Assembly: GCA_047601445.1 (NCBI GenBank)
Contig: JASGJH010000001.1
Span: forward strand, 2,336,001-2,400,000
Reading direction: 5' to 3'
DNA: 64,000 nucleotides
DNA from: Myxococcales bacterium
GTDB lineage: Bacteria > Myxococcota_A > Polyangia > Polyangiales > DASUME01
A program made the translations under genes and the position numbers. This document shows, piece after piece, positions 10,837 through 20,851 of this stretch (its first letter is position 1; each line of letters starts with the position of its first letter). The notes under the pieces were generated by a model, which ran no database searches, was not told where the DNA came from, and was given only the letters and a program-made list of their open reading frames with translations.

Positions 10837-11945
10837 GAAACGTGATTGTCGGTTGCGCCGTGGCGCTCCACCTGACGGCCTGCACGCAGGCGGCCAAGCC
10901 TCAAGAACAAGCGCCGGCGTTCGCCGTGGGACCCGACCGGGTGACGCTCCACCACGCCACCCCGCTGTCGTTCGACGTGAGCCAAGTGAAGCTCGGCAAC
11001 AGCCTCCCGCGTCCGCCCGTGACCGCGCGCATCACCACGGTGGAGGCCCTCACCTCCCCCAGCTACGCACCCCTCAACGGGCGCGTCGTGGAGTCCCGCG
11101 TGCACCTCGGAGACCGCGTGCGGAAGGGCGAGAAGCTGGTGCTCGTGCGCACGCCCGAGCTCCCCACCTTGAACCGTGAGCGACTCAGCGCGGGCCTGGA
11201 GGTAGATGCCAAGAAAGCTCACGTGGCGCGCCTGCGCGCGCTGGTAGAGGCCCGAGCAGGCTCCGTGAACGACCTGATCTTGGCCGAGCATGAGCTCGAA
11301 GAGGCCAAGGTCTCGTTGGTCGCCGCGGGCTCACGTTTGTCGAGCCTCGAAGTGGATCGGGTGGACGACACGTCCTACTGGGTCTTGGCGCGACGCGACG
11401 GTACGGTGGTGGAGCTGAATGCCGCCCCCGGGCTCGAGGTGGGGCCGAGCCGAGGCTTGCCGGTGCTGGTGGTGGCCGACCTCGCCGAGGTACTCGCGGT
11501 GGGCGACGTGCCCCAGCGCGTGGCCGCCGACTTGGCCCCGGGCATGGCGGCCACCATTTTGGCGGGACACGCCGAGGTCACGGAGGCGCGCGTCGAGAGC
11601 GTCGCCGAAATCGTGGATCCCGAGCGACAAACGGTCCCGGTTCGTGTGCGCGCAGACAATCGCCTGCACAAGCTGCGCCCCAACGCCTACGTGGAGCTGA
11701 CCTTCGCGCAGAGCCGCGCCCAGCGCACCCTGCTGGTGCCGGCGGCCAGCGTCGTGCGCGACGGCTCGACGGCCGTCGTTTTCGTGGAAGACAAGCCTGG
11801 CTCCTTCGTGCGCCGCGCGGTGCACCTCGGGCAAGAAGGCCCTGCGTGGGTCGAGGTCTTGTCGGGCCTCACCGATGGTGAGCGCGTGGTGTCGTCGGGC
11901 GCGCTCTTGCTGTTGAACGCTCTCGATACCCGGGGCGAGTCATGA
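10833..11945 (+). CDS. CzcB-like RND periplasmic adaptor lipoprotein
   Basis: Lipobox LTAC; APLNGRV..VHLGDRVRKGE, VDPERQTVPVRV, LRPNAY, GLTDGERVVSSGALLL; ATGA-type overlaps. Confidence 0.9.
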   Translation: MRNVIVGCAVALHLTACTQAAKPQEQAPAFAVGPDRVTLHHATPLSFDVSQVKLGNSLPRPPVTARITTVEALTSPSYAPLNGRVVESRVHLGDRVRKGEKLVLVRTPELPTLNRERLSAGLEVDAKKAHVARLRALVEARAGSVNDLILAEHELEEAKVSLVAAGSRLSSLEVDRVDDTSYWVLARRDGTVVELNAAPGLEVGPSRGLPVLVVADLAEVLAVGDVPQRVAADLAPGMAATILAGHAEVTEARVESVAEIVDPERQTVPVRVRADNRLHKLRPNAYVELTFAQSRAQRTLLVPAASVVRDGSTAVVFVEDKPGSFVRRAVHLGQEGPAWVEVLSGLTDGERVVSSGALLLLNALDTRGES

Positions 11946-14900
11946 TCGAGGCGCTCGTTTCGTGGTCGGTACGGCACCGCCTGGCGGTGCTCTTGATGTC
12001 CTGCATCACCTTGGTCGCGGGCTACTTCGCCTTTCGCGAGGTGAGCATCGAAGCCTTCCCGGACCCCACCGACACCCAGGTCAACCTCATCACGGCCCTG
12101 CCTGGACAGCCGGCCGAGGAGCTCGAGCGTCAGGTCTCCATCCCGCTCGAGCGCGTGGTGAACGGCATGCCTGGTCTGTGCCGTGTGCGCGCCGTGAACC
12201 TGTTCGGTCTGTCGTTCATGACGCTCACCTTCCGCGACGGTGTGGACGTGCAGTACGCGCGTGCCCAAACCCTCGAGCGCATCCGCCTAGCGCGTCTTCC
12301 GGAGGGCGTCACGCCTCAAATGGGCTCGCTCTCCACCCCCATCGGCGAGATCTACCGCTATACCCTCGAGTCTCCCCGCAGCGATCCGCTCGAGCTGCGC
12401 ACTCTGCAGGACTGGGTGGTGCGACCACGCCTGTTGCGCGTGGAGGGCGTGGCCGATGTCATCAGCTACGGCGGCTTGCAGCGCGAGATCCACGTCAACC
12501 CCGACCCGGTGCTGCTGGCCGCGCGCGGACTCGGCATCGAAGACATCGCGCGGGCCATCGAGCAAGGCTCGCTCAACGCCGCCGGCGGCGTGGTCGAACA
12601 GGGCGTCGAACAGCTGGTGGTGCGCAGTCAGGGTCTATTCACGAGCCTCGACGACATCCGCCACACGGCGGTCGCCACGCGCGGCGGCACCCCGGTGCTG
12701 CTCGACGATGTGGCCTCGGTGCGCGAAGGCTGGTCCCCGCGCCAGGGCGTGGTCGGTCGCGGCACCGACCAAGACTCCGTGGAAGGCATCGTCTTGATGC
12801 GACGGGGCGAGAACGCCAGCGTGGTCTTGCAAGCGCTCAAGGCCCGCGTCGTGGAGCTCAACAAGCAGGTGCTGCCCAAGGGCACCCGGATCTCCACCTT
12901 CTACGACCGCACCGAGCTGGTGGACGCCACGCTGCACACCGTGGGGCACAACTTGATGGAGGGCGCCACCCTGGTGGTCCTGGTCTTGTTCGTGTTCCTG
13001 CTGGACCTTCGCGCCGCCTTGATCGTGGCGGCGGTGATCCCGCTCTCGCTGGCGACCGCCTTCGCCTACCTGCACGCACGCGGCATGTCCGCCAACCTCA
13101 TCTCGATGGGTGCGGTGGACTTCGGCATCATCGTCGATGGTGCGGTGGTGATCATCGAGACCATCGTGCACCGCCTGTCTTCGCACCCGCCGCGCGAAGC
13201 CACTGCCAGCCCCCTGGAGCGCATCGAACAGGCCGTGCGGGACGTCTCGCGGCCCACGGTGTTCTCGCTGCTGATCATCATCGCGGCGTACCTGCCCATC
13301 TTCCTGCTGCAGCGCGTGGAGGGCCGCATCTTCGCACCGCTCGCCCACACGGTAGTGGCGGCCCTGCTGGGCAGCCTGGCCTTCTCCGTGACGCTCGTGC
13401 CGGTGCTCGCCACCTTCGCCTATCGCAAGCCGCAAAAGCACCGCGAATCGCCCGTGCTCCGCCTGTGCGAGCGCGCCTACGTCCCACTTCTACGCGGCGC
13501 ACTCAAGCGCCCCGCCCTGGTGCTCACGCTCGCCATCGCCGCCCTCGCGGGCTCGGCGCAGCTGCTGCGGCAGGGCGGCAGCGAGTTCCTGCCCGAGCTG
13601 AACGAAGGCTCGCTGTACTTGACCTTTACGCTGCCCTCCAACGTCTCACTCACCGAAGGCCGCAAGCTCGCGCCCAAGCTCGGCAAGATGCTCGAGCCCT
13701 TCCCCGAGGTGGAGTCCTACCTGAGCCAGCTCGGCCGGCCCGAAGACGGCACCGACCCCAAGCTCGCCAACAACCTGGAGCTCTTCATCAAGCTGAAGCC
13801 CCAATCCGAGTGGCCTGCCAGCACGCCCAACCTGGGTGCCCTGATCGACAAGCTGAGCCGTACCTATCAGCAGGTACCCGGACTCGACGTCAACTTCTCG
13901 CAGCCCATCCGCGACAATGTCAACGAGAACATCTCGGGCCAGGTGGGTCAGGTCGCGCTCAAGATCTTCGCCGACGACCTCGCCACGCTGCAGGCCACGG
14001 CCGAGGCCAGCAAGAAGGCCCTCGCGAAGGTGCCGGGCATCGCGGATCTCGGCATCGTCAAGAGCGGCGAGATCCCGCAGCTGCGGGTGCTGCCGCGACG
14101 CGAATCGTTGGGACGCTTCGGGATCAGCATGGAGGGCTTCCAGAGCTATCTGTCGAGCGCGCTGGGTGGCAAGGTCGTCGAGGAGCTGTGGGAAGGTGAC
14201 CGCTCCTTCGACATCGTGCTGCGCCTGCCGGAGAGCTCGCGCGACAGCGCGGAGACCATCGCGAACCTGCGCGTGCCGACCCACAAGGGCGCCCTGGTGC
14301 CGCTGGAGGAGCTGGCGGACGTGAGCGTGACCTTCGGGCGCGCCGCCATCAATCGCGAGAACGCCCAGCGCTACGTGGGCATCCGCATGAACGTCCGAGG
14401 TCGCGACCTGGGATCCTTCGTGAACGATGCACGCGCTGTCATCGCGCAGAGCGTGCCGCACCAGGACGGCGTGACCATGGAGTGGGGAGGCGAGTTCGAG
14501 TCGAAGGAGCGCGCCATGAACCGGCTCTTGCTGGTGGTGCCAGCCGCGCTCGTGCTCACGCTGGGGCTGCTGTTCCACGTGTTTCGCTCGCTTCCGCTGG
14601 CGCTGCTCGTGCTGTTCAACGTACCCTTCGCGCTGGTCGGTGGAGCGCTCGGTCTGTGGTGGACCGCGATGCCCATGTCGATCGCAGCGGCCGTGGGCTT
14701 CATCGCCCTGGTGGGCCAGGCATCTCTCAACGGCGTGTTGGTGTTGACCGCCATCGAAGAGCACCGCAAACAGGGTGTGCCGATCGACGAAGCCGTGCTT
14801 GCAGGGAGCCGAGAACGCCTGCGGGCCGTGCTGATGACCGCCGCGCTGGCCGCGCTGGGCCTGATTCCGGCAGCCATCTCCCACGCGATGGGAGCCGAAA

Positions 14901-15070
14901 CGCAGCGTCCCATCGCGGTGGTGATCGTGGGCGGGACCGTGTCGGCAGCGATCCTCACACTGGTGGTGCTACCCGTGCTGTATCGCATGCTGTTCGGTTG
15001 GCAGCGGCGGACCCTCGTCGAACCGAAGCGCGAAGCGGGCCAAGAGCTGTCGCACGCGGATCCGCTCTGA
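11942..15070 (+). CDS. czcA: CusA/CzcA-family heavy-metal efflux RND permease (CzcA-type, divalent cations)
   Basis: 1042 aa; EAFPD, LRTLQDWVVRP, TM4 GAVDFGIIVDGAVVIIE, FLPELNEG, FSQPI, RLRAVLMTA. Confidence 0.85.
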   Translation: MIEALVSWSVRHRLAVLLMSCITLVAGYFAFREVSIEAFPDPTDTQVNLITALPGQPAEELERQVSIPLERVVNGMPGLCRVRAVNLFGLSFMTLTFRDGVDVQYARAQTLERIRLARLPEGVTPQMGSLSTPIGEIYRYTLESPRSDPLELRTLQDWVVRPRLLRVEGVADVISYGGLQREIHVNPDPVLLAARGLGIEDIARAIEQGSLNAAGGVVEQGVEQLVVRSQGLFTSLDDIRHTAVATRGGTPVLLDDVASVREGWSPRQGVVGRGTDQDSVEGIVLMRRGENASVVLQALKARVVELNKQVLPKGTRISTFYDRTELVDATLHTVGHNLMEGATLVVLVLFVFLLDLRAALIVAAVIPLSLATAFAYLHARGMSANLISMGAVDFGIIVDGAVVIIETIVHRLSSHPPREATASPLERIEQAVRDVSRPTVFSLLIIIAAYLPIFLLQRVEGRIFAPLAHTVVAALLGSLAFSVTLVPVLATFAYRKPQKHRESPVLRLCERAYVPLLRGALKRPALVLTLAIAALAGSAQLLRQGGSEFLPELNEGSLYLTFTLPSNVSLTEGRKLAPKLGKMLEPFPEVESYLSQLGRPEDGTDPKLANNLELFIKLKPQSEWPASTPNLGALIDKLSRTYQQVPGLDVNFSQPIRDNVNENISGQVGQVALKIFADDLATLQATAEASKKALAKVPGIADLGIVKSGEIPQLRVLPRRESLGRFGISMEGFQSYLSSALGGKVVEELWEGDRSFDIVLRLPESSRDSAETIANLRVPTHKGALVPLEELADVSVTFGRAAINRENAQRYVGIRMNVRGRDLGSFVNDARAVIAQSVPHQDGVTMEWGGEFESKERAMNRLLLVVPAALVLTLGLLFHVFRSLPLALLVLFNVPFALVGGALGLWWTAMPMSIAAAVGFIALVGQASLNGVLVLTAIEEHRKQGVPIDEAVLAGSRERLRAVLMTAALAALGLIPAAISHAMGAETQRPIAVVIVGGTVSAAILTLVVLPVLYRMLFGWQRRTLVEPKREAGQELSHADPL

Positions 15071-15144
15071 TCTCCGCTCCGGGTCGCCCACGGGCAAGCC
15101 GCGGCGCGCGTACCAGCTCGCCATTCCAGGTCGCTAGCGGCCAC

Positions 15145-17403
15145 TCACGCGTCGACGTGGCGAGCGAGCCAGCGCAGCGTCGAGTACTTGGAGTCCGACA
15201 TGAAGCGCCGCGGGTCGCGTACCAGCTTGCGCAGCTTGCTCCCTGCCGCGCGCGGGAGTTGCTTGTCACTCGGGCGAATGGGGTGCGCTGCGGCTCCATT
15301 TTTTGCGCCCTGCTTCGCGGTCGAACTCTTGGCTGCATCGACCTTCTTCACGGCGGGGGCACCTTCGGCCAGGGCGCTTAGATCAGCCCCGATCCCGAGC
15401 CTCGCCGCGACGTAGGACTTGGCGCCCGGCCGCAGCGAGAACGCCGCTCGTGTTGCCGCGATGGTCGGCTTGCCCGGCAGGTTGAGCTGATACCAAAGCA
15501 CGTCCTTGTAGGCGTGCACCTTGCGCGTTCCCAGATCCCGTACCACCGAGCGACCACGAAAGAACGAGTACTTCTTCAGGATCATCCAGGCCACGAGCTG
15601 GCGCACCGGAAACGTGTGAAAGCCCTCGGCGTCGGGATCGACCGCCAGCTCCACCGCCTGCGTCAGCGTTTGCGCCTGCCGACCCATGCCCTTCACGTTG
15701 TAGAAGGCATTGCCCACCGTCACGAGCCTCTTCCCGTGCATCAACGCGAGGAGCCCGACACCGCTGTTGTAGCAGACCACTCTATCGGACAGGTCGATCA
15801 GCGCGTGGATGTTGTCCTCGGGCCCGCAACACACCACGTTGTCGGCCTCGAGCTCGAACTTCGCACCCGACAGCGGGTGCGCCTTGACCAAGAACAGCAC
15901 CTCGGGAAAGCGAGCCGCCACCGTCCGCACCTGTTCGACGAACTCGAGGTAAGGTTGACGCCCTTCGGCGAAGCGGGTGACCGCCGCGTCGTCCTCCAGC
16001 TGCAATGGGATCAGGCAGACCTGTCGGTAAGCGAGGCGGTAGATCTGTCGACGTCCGCGCGTCTCCGAGTAACTCCCATTGCCCTCGAGGGTGGCTCCGC
16101 CCGCGCGCAGACGGGTGATATACTCGTCCGCCAAGCAGCACTCGTCGGGCGTGAACTCGAGCTCGGCAAAGCGTACGGTCGAGAAGTCCGGATCCGCATA
16201 CGACATGTCCGGCGCGTAATACCAACTCTCGGGCAGGGGACCACGCTCGATCACCAGGGTCGCGATGCCGCTCTTGCGCGCCACCTCGAAGAACATCCTG
16301 AGCTCGAGGTGGGACTTCATGTAGGGATTGAAGATCACCACGACGTCCACGGCCCTCTGCTCGAGCAGCTTCGCGGCGCGCTCCAAACTCTCCACGTCGT
16401 CGGCTCGAGCGGGGATCAGCTGGTAGCCGAACAGGCGCAGCGGGAACAACATGTCCGCGTGCACCTCGTGCTTCAGCAAGACGAGGGCCTTCTTCGCGCG
16501 AGGCATCCAGTCATAGGTGAGCAGCGTCGAGCGATGCTCGAGAAACGGCGCCACCTGCTGGGCAAAGCAGCTGCGACTCCAGTCGTTATTCTCGTACCAG
16601 CCCGAGCAGTCGCGTCCACGCGGGTGATGGAGGTGGGCGATCCTCAAGCCAGCCAGCTCGGCTGGCTGGGCCATGAGCTCCAACAGACGCCGGAACCCAC
16701 GGTAAGGTCGCGGTCCGTAGAACTCCGTCTGACGAGGACTGAACAGATCCTCCACGGCGCTCTCCGGCAACGGATACTGCGTGGAGTAGCGTGACAACCG
16801 CAGCAAGAACTCGAAATCCTCGGAGCCGTGGCCCCGAAAGGCCTCGTTGAATCCTCCCAAGTAGTCGAAGAAATCCCGGCGAATCAAGAAGAAGTTCGAA
16901 TGGGGATCGACGTACTCGACGTGCGCGCCGCGCCCCTCCAGTGCACCTCGAAAGAACGCTCGGCCGAGCACCCGGGAGCGTTCGGCGGGCAGACCGGCCT
17001 CGAAGAACTCGGCGCTGCTTTGCGCCGCAAGGTGGTACACGGGAAGCAAGAGCAGGTGATCGAAGCACGCACCAATCCCTTGCGCGTTGGCGACGTCGAC
17101 CATCCGCCCAAACAGATCTTGCTCTCCGAAGCAGTCGATGTCGCTGAAGAAGAGGAGTTCGGTTCGGCACGCAGCGGCTCCCGCATTGCGCGCCTTCGCC
17201 AGCGAGAAAACCCCCTCGTCATCGACGTACAGATGGGCGAAGCCGGCGCGCCGGCATTCAGTCTCGATGTCGGTGCGGTACACCTCGCTCGAGCCGAAGT
17301 CCACCACGAGGACCTGTGGGCTCGGCGTGTAGTGCCCGGCCAGGGCCCGTAAGCGTTCCAGGACCCACGGATTGCGTTCGTGAGCACGTAGCGCGATGAC
17401 CAT
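15145..17403 (-). CDS. Bifunctional capsular polysaccharide glycosyltransferase (GT2-type N-terminus + KpsS/Capsule_synth-like C-terminus)
   Basis: VLVVDFGS, FFSDIDC (DxD), GGFNEAFRGHGSEDFE; C-terminal LQLEDD (QxxxD), VKAHP, NSGVGLLALMHGK, GNAFY; tail KLRKLVRDPRRFMSDS; start uncertain (ATG 17403 or slightly upstream GTG). Confidence 0.75.
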   Translation of the reverse strand: MVIALRAHERNPWVLERLRALAGHYTPSPQVLVVDFGSSEVYRTDIETECRRAGFAHLYVDDEGVFSLAKARNAGAAACRTELLFFSDIDCFGEQDLFGRMVDVANAQGIGACFDHLLLLPVYHLAAQSSAEFFEAGLPAERSRVLGRAFFRGALEGRGAHVEYVDPHSNFFLIRRDFFDYLGGFNEAFRGHGSEDFEFLLRLSRYSTQYPLPESAVEDLFSPRQTEFYGPRPYRGFRRLLELMAQPAELAGLRIAHLHHPRGRDCSGWYENNDWSRSCFAQQVAPFLEHRSTLLTYDWMPRAKKALVLLKHEVHADMLFPLRLFGYQLIPARADDVESLERAAKLLEQRAVDVVVIFNPYMKSHLELRMFFEVARKSGIATLVIERGPLPESWYYAPDMSYADPDFSTVRFAELEFTPDECCLADEYITRLRAGGATLEGNGSYSETRGRRQIYRLAYRQVCLIPLQLEDDAAVTRFAEGRQPYLEFVEQVRTVAARFPEVLFLVKAHPLSGAKFELEADNVVCCGPEDNIHALIDLSDRVVCYNSGVGLLALMHGKRLVTVGNAFYNVKGMGRQAQTLTQAVELAVDPDAEGFHTFPVRQLVAWMILKKYSFFRGRSVVRDLGTRKVHAYKDVLWYQLNLPGKPTIAATRAAFSLRPGAKSYVAARLGIGADLSALAEGAPAVKKVDAAKSSTAKQGAKNGAAAHPIRPSDKQLPRAAGSKLRKLVRDPRRFMSDSKYSTLRWLARHVDA

Positions 17404-17518
17404 CGTGACGTCGGCCACCGTGAAATGCCGGAGACTTCGTCTGCTAAAACCCTCAGTATCGTTCAACACCCTACGTACCTCTCGCGGCCATCCCGCCAAC
17501 GCCAAGCCGCGGCCTCAA

Positions 17519-17534
17519 CGCAAGGTGTATGCCA
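17519..17534 (-). promoter_or_regulatory. Sigma-54 (-24/-12) promoter of the capsule glycosyltransferase
   Basis: Minus strand TGGCATACACCTTGCG, near-consensus TGGCAY-N5-TTGC, ~115 bp upstream of start. Confidence 0.7.
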
Positions 17535-17690
17535 GCAAAATTCCGTCGAAGTACTACGTAAAGACATCCTCATGATGGCCCGGTTTCTGGCGGCACAATT
17601 CCACCAGTGGGGCATTTAACCCCCGGCCTCCACCCTTACGATCTTGGAGCAGACTTCGGTCGGCGAGCCACTCGCGTTACCCTCCCGGCC

Positions 17691-17897
17691 ATGCGCCAGG
17701 TGGACAACGAGCTCCGCTGCGCAGCGGGCCAATGTCAGAAGACGCCCTTCACCGATGGCACCGCCTGCGGCACGGCGAGACCCGCAGCGAGGACCTCGAG
17801 TGCTGGCAGGCTTGTGAGGCGAGCGCGGGCAAGCTGCGTTGTCGCGGCGTGTCCAGCAGCGACGCCTGGCGTAGCGGACGCCAGAGCACGAACCTGA
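17691..17897 (+). pseudogene. Possible decayed fragment of a Cys-rich repeat protein
   Basis: LRCAAGQCQKTPFTDGTACG resembles myxobacterial Cys-rich modules; Cys-rich text continues in another frame (SEDLECWQACE); no signal peptide. Confidence 0.3.
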
Positions 17898-18107
17898 GGC
17901 GGTGATCAGGCATTTTTCCCGTTCCCTGCGCATTCGGCCTCCCACGCGCTCTCCTGACAGCGCGTCCCAGCTTCAGGACACGCTTCGCCCCCGCACTCAA
18001 AGGAGTGGCGAAGGCGTGCGACGAACGTGTAAGAGTCGTCTCTCGGCACCGGAAGTTCTCGGATGTCGTCGTGTCCTTGCGACGCCGTAGTCATCCTGGA
18101 GAAAACG

Positions 18108-19094
18108 ATGGACGAATCGATCACGCCTGAAAATGGTGCGGGAATCCACACGCGCACCGCCAAAGCCCCGCCCCAGAACCGCACGCGAAGTTTTGGCACC
18201 ACGCCGCCACGCATCACGGAACTGCGAACGGTGGGCCCCACCGCGGGCTACGACCCCAAGATCGCCTACCTTACGTCAGTGATCTCTGGTTGGTCCTACT
18301 CGGATGCCGAGACCATGGGTCGCCAGCTCGCGTTCTACGGTCTGCCCGAGTGCACGGTGCGCCAGTTCAACGTGGTGAATCGGGCCATGCTGATCGTCGC
18401 CAGCGCCTACTACGTGCGCAGTCGCGACGGGAAAATCGGCGTGTTGGCCTTTCGCGGCACGGTGCCGGAAGACGTGATGAACTGGCTCACCGACGCCAAC
18501 ACTTCCCTGCGCAACTTCAGCTTCGGCAAGGTGCACGCGGGATTCTTCGCGAACCTGCAGCCCCTATGGGGAGAGCTCATGGAGGAGCTCGACAACTCGC
18601 TCACACGCCAGGGCGACCGCGCGCCGATCGAAAACCTCTACATCACGGGCCACAGCCTTGGCGCGGCGATGGCGGTGATCGCCGCGGCACGCCTGTGCTC
18701 GAATGACTACGAGACCTTTCAGCCCATGCTGCGCGGGGTCTATACATTCGGGCAGCCCGCCGCGGGCGACAGCGCCTTCGGCGCGCACTGCGAGTCGCGC
18801 TTCAAGCTCTATCGCCACGTGTACCGCGCCGACGTCGTGCCGCACCTGCCGCCCCAGAGCGTGGGACCTTACAGCCACTTCGGCTACGAGTTCTTGGCGA
18901 CCGAGGACGGCTGGCAAAACGTGAGTCCAGCCATGGGCAAGCTCGCGGGCGTCCTCACCGGCGCGGCCCTGAGCGCCGCCTTCGACTTCGTCACTCGCCG
19001 CATCACCTTCCTGCGCCACTTCCGGTTTCCCTACTCCATGGATGACCACGGTCCCGAGGGCTACATCTCGACCTCGCGCAACTCGCTCGGGTAG
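18108..19094 (+). CDS. Class 3 lipase family protein
   Basis: LAFRGT, NWLTD, KVHAGF, ITGHSLGAA, YTFGQP, DVVPHLPP, DDH; SD GGAG before ATG 18108. Confidence 0.9.
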   Translation: MDESITPENGAGIHTRTAKAPPQNRTRSFGTTPPRITELRTVGPTAGYDPKIAYLTSVISGWSYSDAETMGRQLAFYGLPECTVRQFNVVNRAMLIVASAYYVRSRDGKIGVLAFRGTVPEDVMNWLTDANTSLRNFSFGKVHAGFFANLQPLWGELMEELDNSLTRQGDRAPIENLYITGHSLGAAMAVIAAARLCSNDYETFQPMLRGVYTFGQPAAGDSAFGAHCESRFKLYRHVYRADVVPHLPPQSVGPYSHFGYEFLATEDGWQNVSPAMGKLAGVLTGAALSAAFDFVTRRITFLRHFRFPYSMDDHGPEGYISTSRNSLG

Positions 19095-19109
19095 GCGGCG
19101 TAGACCGAC

Positions 19110-19913
19110 TCAACCGAAGTAGCCGGCCACGTAGCGGCGGGTGTACTCGTTCTGTGGGGCCTCGAAGACTTGCTCGGTATCTCCGAACTCCACCAGATAT
19201 CCCGTGCGAGCGCCGGCTCGGGTATCCACGTAGAGAAAGCCCGTCTTGTCGGCCACACGCGACGCCTGCTGCAGGTTGTGCGTGACGATGGCGATGGTGT
19301 ACTGGCGCTTGAGCTCCACCATCAATTCCTCGATGCGCCCCGTCGCGATGGGGTCGAGCGAGGCACAGGGCTCGTCGAGCAAGAGCACGTCGGGCTCGAC
19401 CGCGATGGCGCGCGCGATGCACAGGCGCTGCTGCTGCCCCCCGGAAAGCGCGAGGCCACTGGTATTGAGCTTGTCCTTGACCTCGTCCCACAGGGCCGCG
19501 CCGCGCAGGGCCTCTTCGACCTTCTCCGCCTTGTTGCCGCGGTAGCCGTTGAGGCGCAATCCAAAGGCCACGTTGTTGTAAATGCTCATGTCGAATGGGT
19601 TCGGCTGCTGGAAGACCATGCCGATGAAGCGCCGCACGCTGACCGGATCGATCCCGCGTCCGTAGATGTTGCGACCGTGGAAGCGAACTTCGCCGTCGAG
19701 ATGAAAGCCCCGCACCAGATCGTTCATGCGGTTCAAGCAGCGCAAGACGGTGCTCTTTCCGCAGCCAGAGGGACCGATGAAGGCCGTGATCTTGTTGCGC
19801 AGGATGGTCACGTGCGTATCCCGCACTGCCCGGAACGCGCCGTAGAAAATCTCCTTGATGTCGCAGTCGATGACGACGGCCCCGTCCTGGGCCTGCACGT
19901 TGGATTGCAGCAC
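19110..19913 (-). CDS. pstB: Phosphate ABC transporter ATP-binding protein
   Basis: [42 protein letters not shown] 19913 after SD AAGGAGG. Confidence 0.95.
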   Translation of the reverse strand: MLQSNVQAQDGAVVIDCDIKEIFYGAFRAVRDTHVTILRNKITAFIGPSGCGKSTVLRCLNRMNDLVRGFHLDGEVRFHGRNIYGRGIDPVSVRRFIGMVFQQPNPFDMSIYNNVAFGLRLNGYRGNKAEKVEEALRGAALWDEVKDKLNTSGLALSGGQQQRLCIARAIAVEPDVLLLDEPCASLDPIATGRIEELMVELKRQYTIAIVTHNLQQASRVADKTGFLYVDTRAGARTGYLVEFGDTEQVFEAPQNEYTRRYVAGYFG

Positions 19914-19924
19914 GACAGCCTCCT

Positions 19925-20851
19925 TCAAGCACTTCTTCCGCGTGAAGACAGGGCTCGCCCCGCCAGATTGCTCACGAACACCATCAAGACCAGCACCAGC
20001 GCGGCCGCCCACGCCAGCTCCACCTGATTCTCGAAGGGCACCCCGGCGAAGTTGAAGATGAGTACGGCCAGCGACGCGGTGGGCTGCTTGAGATCCAACG
20101 CCCCCGTCGACGTGATCCAGTAGTTGCTGAACAGCGCAGTAAACAGCAGGGGCGCCGTCTCGCCGGCCGCGCGCGCGACCGCCAGCATGATGCCCGTCAG
20201 GATGCCCGAGCCCGCCGCCGGCAGCGTCACCATCCAGACCGTCTGGGAGGGCGTCGTCCCCATGCCTACGGCCGCTTCACGGATGCGCTTCGGCACGGAG
20301 CGCATGGCTTCTTCTGCGCTCAACACGATGGTGGGTAGCATCAGGATCGAAAGCGCCAGCGCGCCCGCGATGGCCGAGAAGCCCCCCATCAGCAGCACCA
20401 CGGAGCCATAGGCGAAGACGCCCGCCAGGATCGAAGGCAGTCCCGTGAGCACCTTGGCGGCGAATCGCACGCCGGACGCAAAGCGCGACTCCGGCTCGGC
20501 TTCCGAGAGAAAGACCCCGGTAAGCACGCCGAGTGGCACGCTCAGCACCCCCGCCAGGACGACCATGACCGTCGTGCCCAGCAGAGCGTTGCCGAAGCCA
20601 CCCTGTGCATCGAGTGGCGCAGGCGGTAGCTGCGTGAACGCGGCCCAGCCCAGGCGTGCGCTGCCCCGCACCCCCAGCATCCACAACACCGAAAACAGCG
20701 GCACCAGCGCGACGCAGGTGATGACGGTCACGCCGCTGCTGAAGATGACCCCGAACAGCGTGCGCGGGCGCATCAGCGAGCGCTCGAGTCGACCCAGGTT
20801 GACGCCCTCGAAGGGATCGTTGCCGGCGTGCTTGAGGGACACCGTGGCCAT
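19925..20851 (-). CDS. pstA: Phosphate ABC transporter permease PstA
   Basis: [44 protein letters not shown]. Confidence 0.95.
   Translation of the reverse strand: MATVSLKHAGNDPFEGVNLGRLERSLMRPRTLFGVIFSSGVTVITCVALVPLFSVLWMLGVRGSARLGWAAFTQLPPAPLDAQGGFGNALLGTTVMVVLAGVLSVPLGVLTGVFLSEAEPESRFASGVRFAAKVLTGLPSILAGVFAYGSVVLLMGGFSAIAGALALSILMLPTIVLSAEEAMRSVPKRIREAAVGMGTTPSQTVWMVTLPAAGSGILTGIMLAVARAAGETAPLLFTALFSNYWITSTGALDLKQPTASLAVLIFNFAGVPFENQVELAWAAALVLVLMVFVSNLAGRALSSRGRSA

Noticed and set aside
11962..14199. Long alternative-frame and antisense ORFs (also 24416..25795, 38563..40242, 40234..41796, 43624..45408, 50902..52863, 57488..59182)
   Set aside because: They overlap well-supported genes, have biased composition and no motifs; expected shadows of GC3-biased coding in a high-GC genome.
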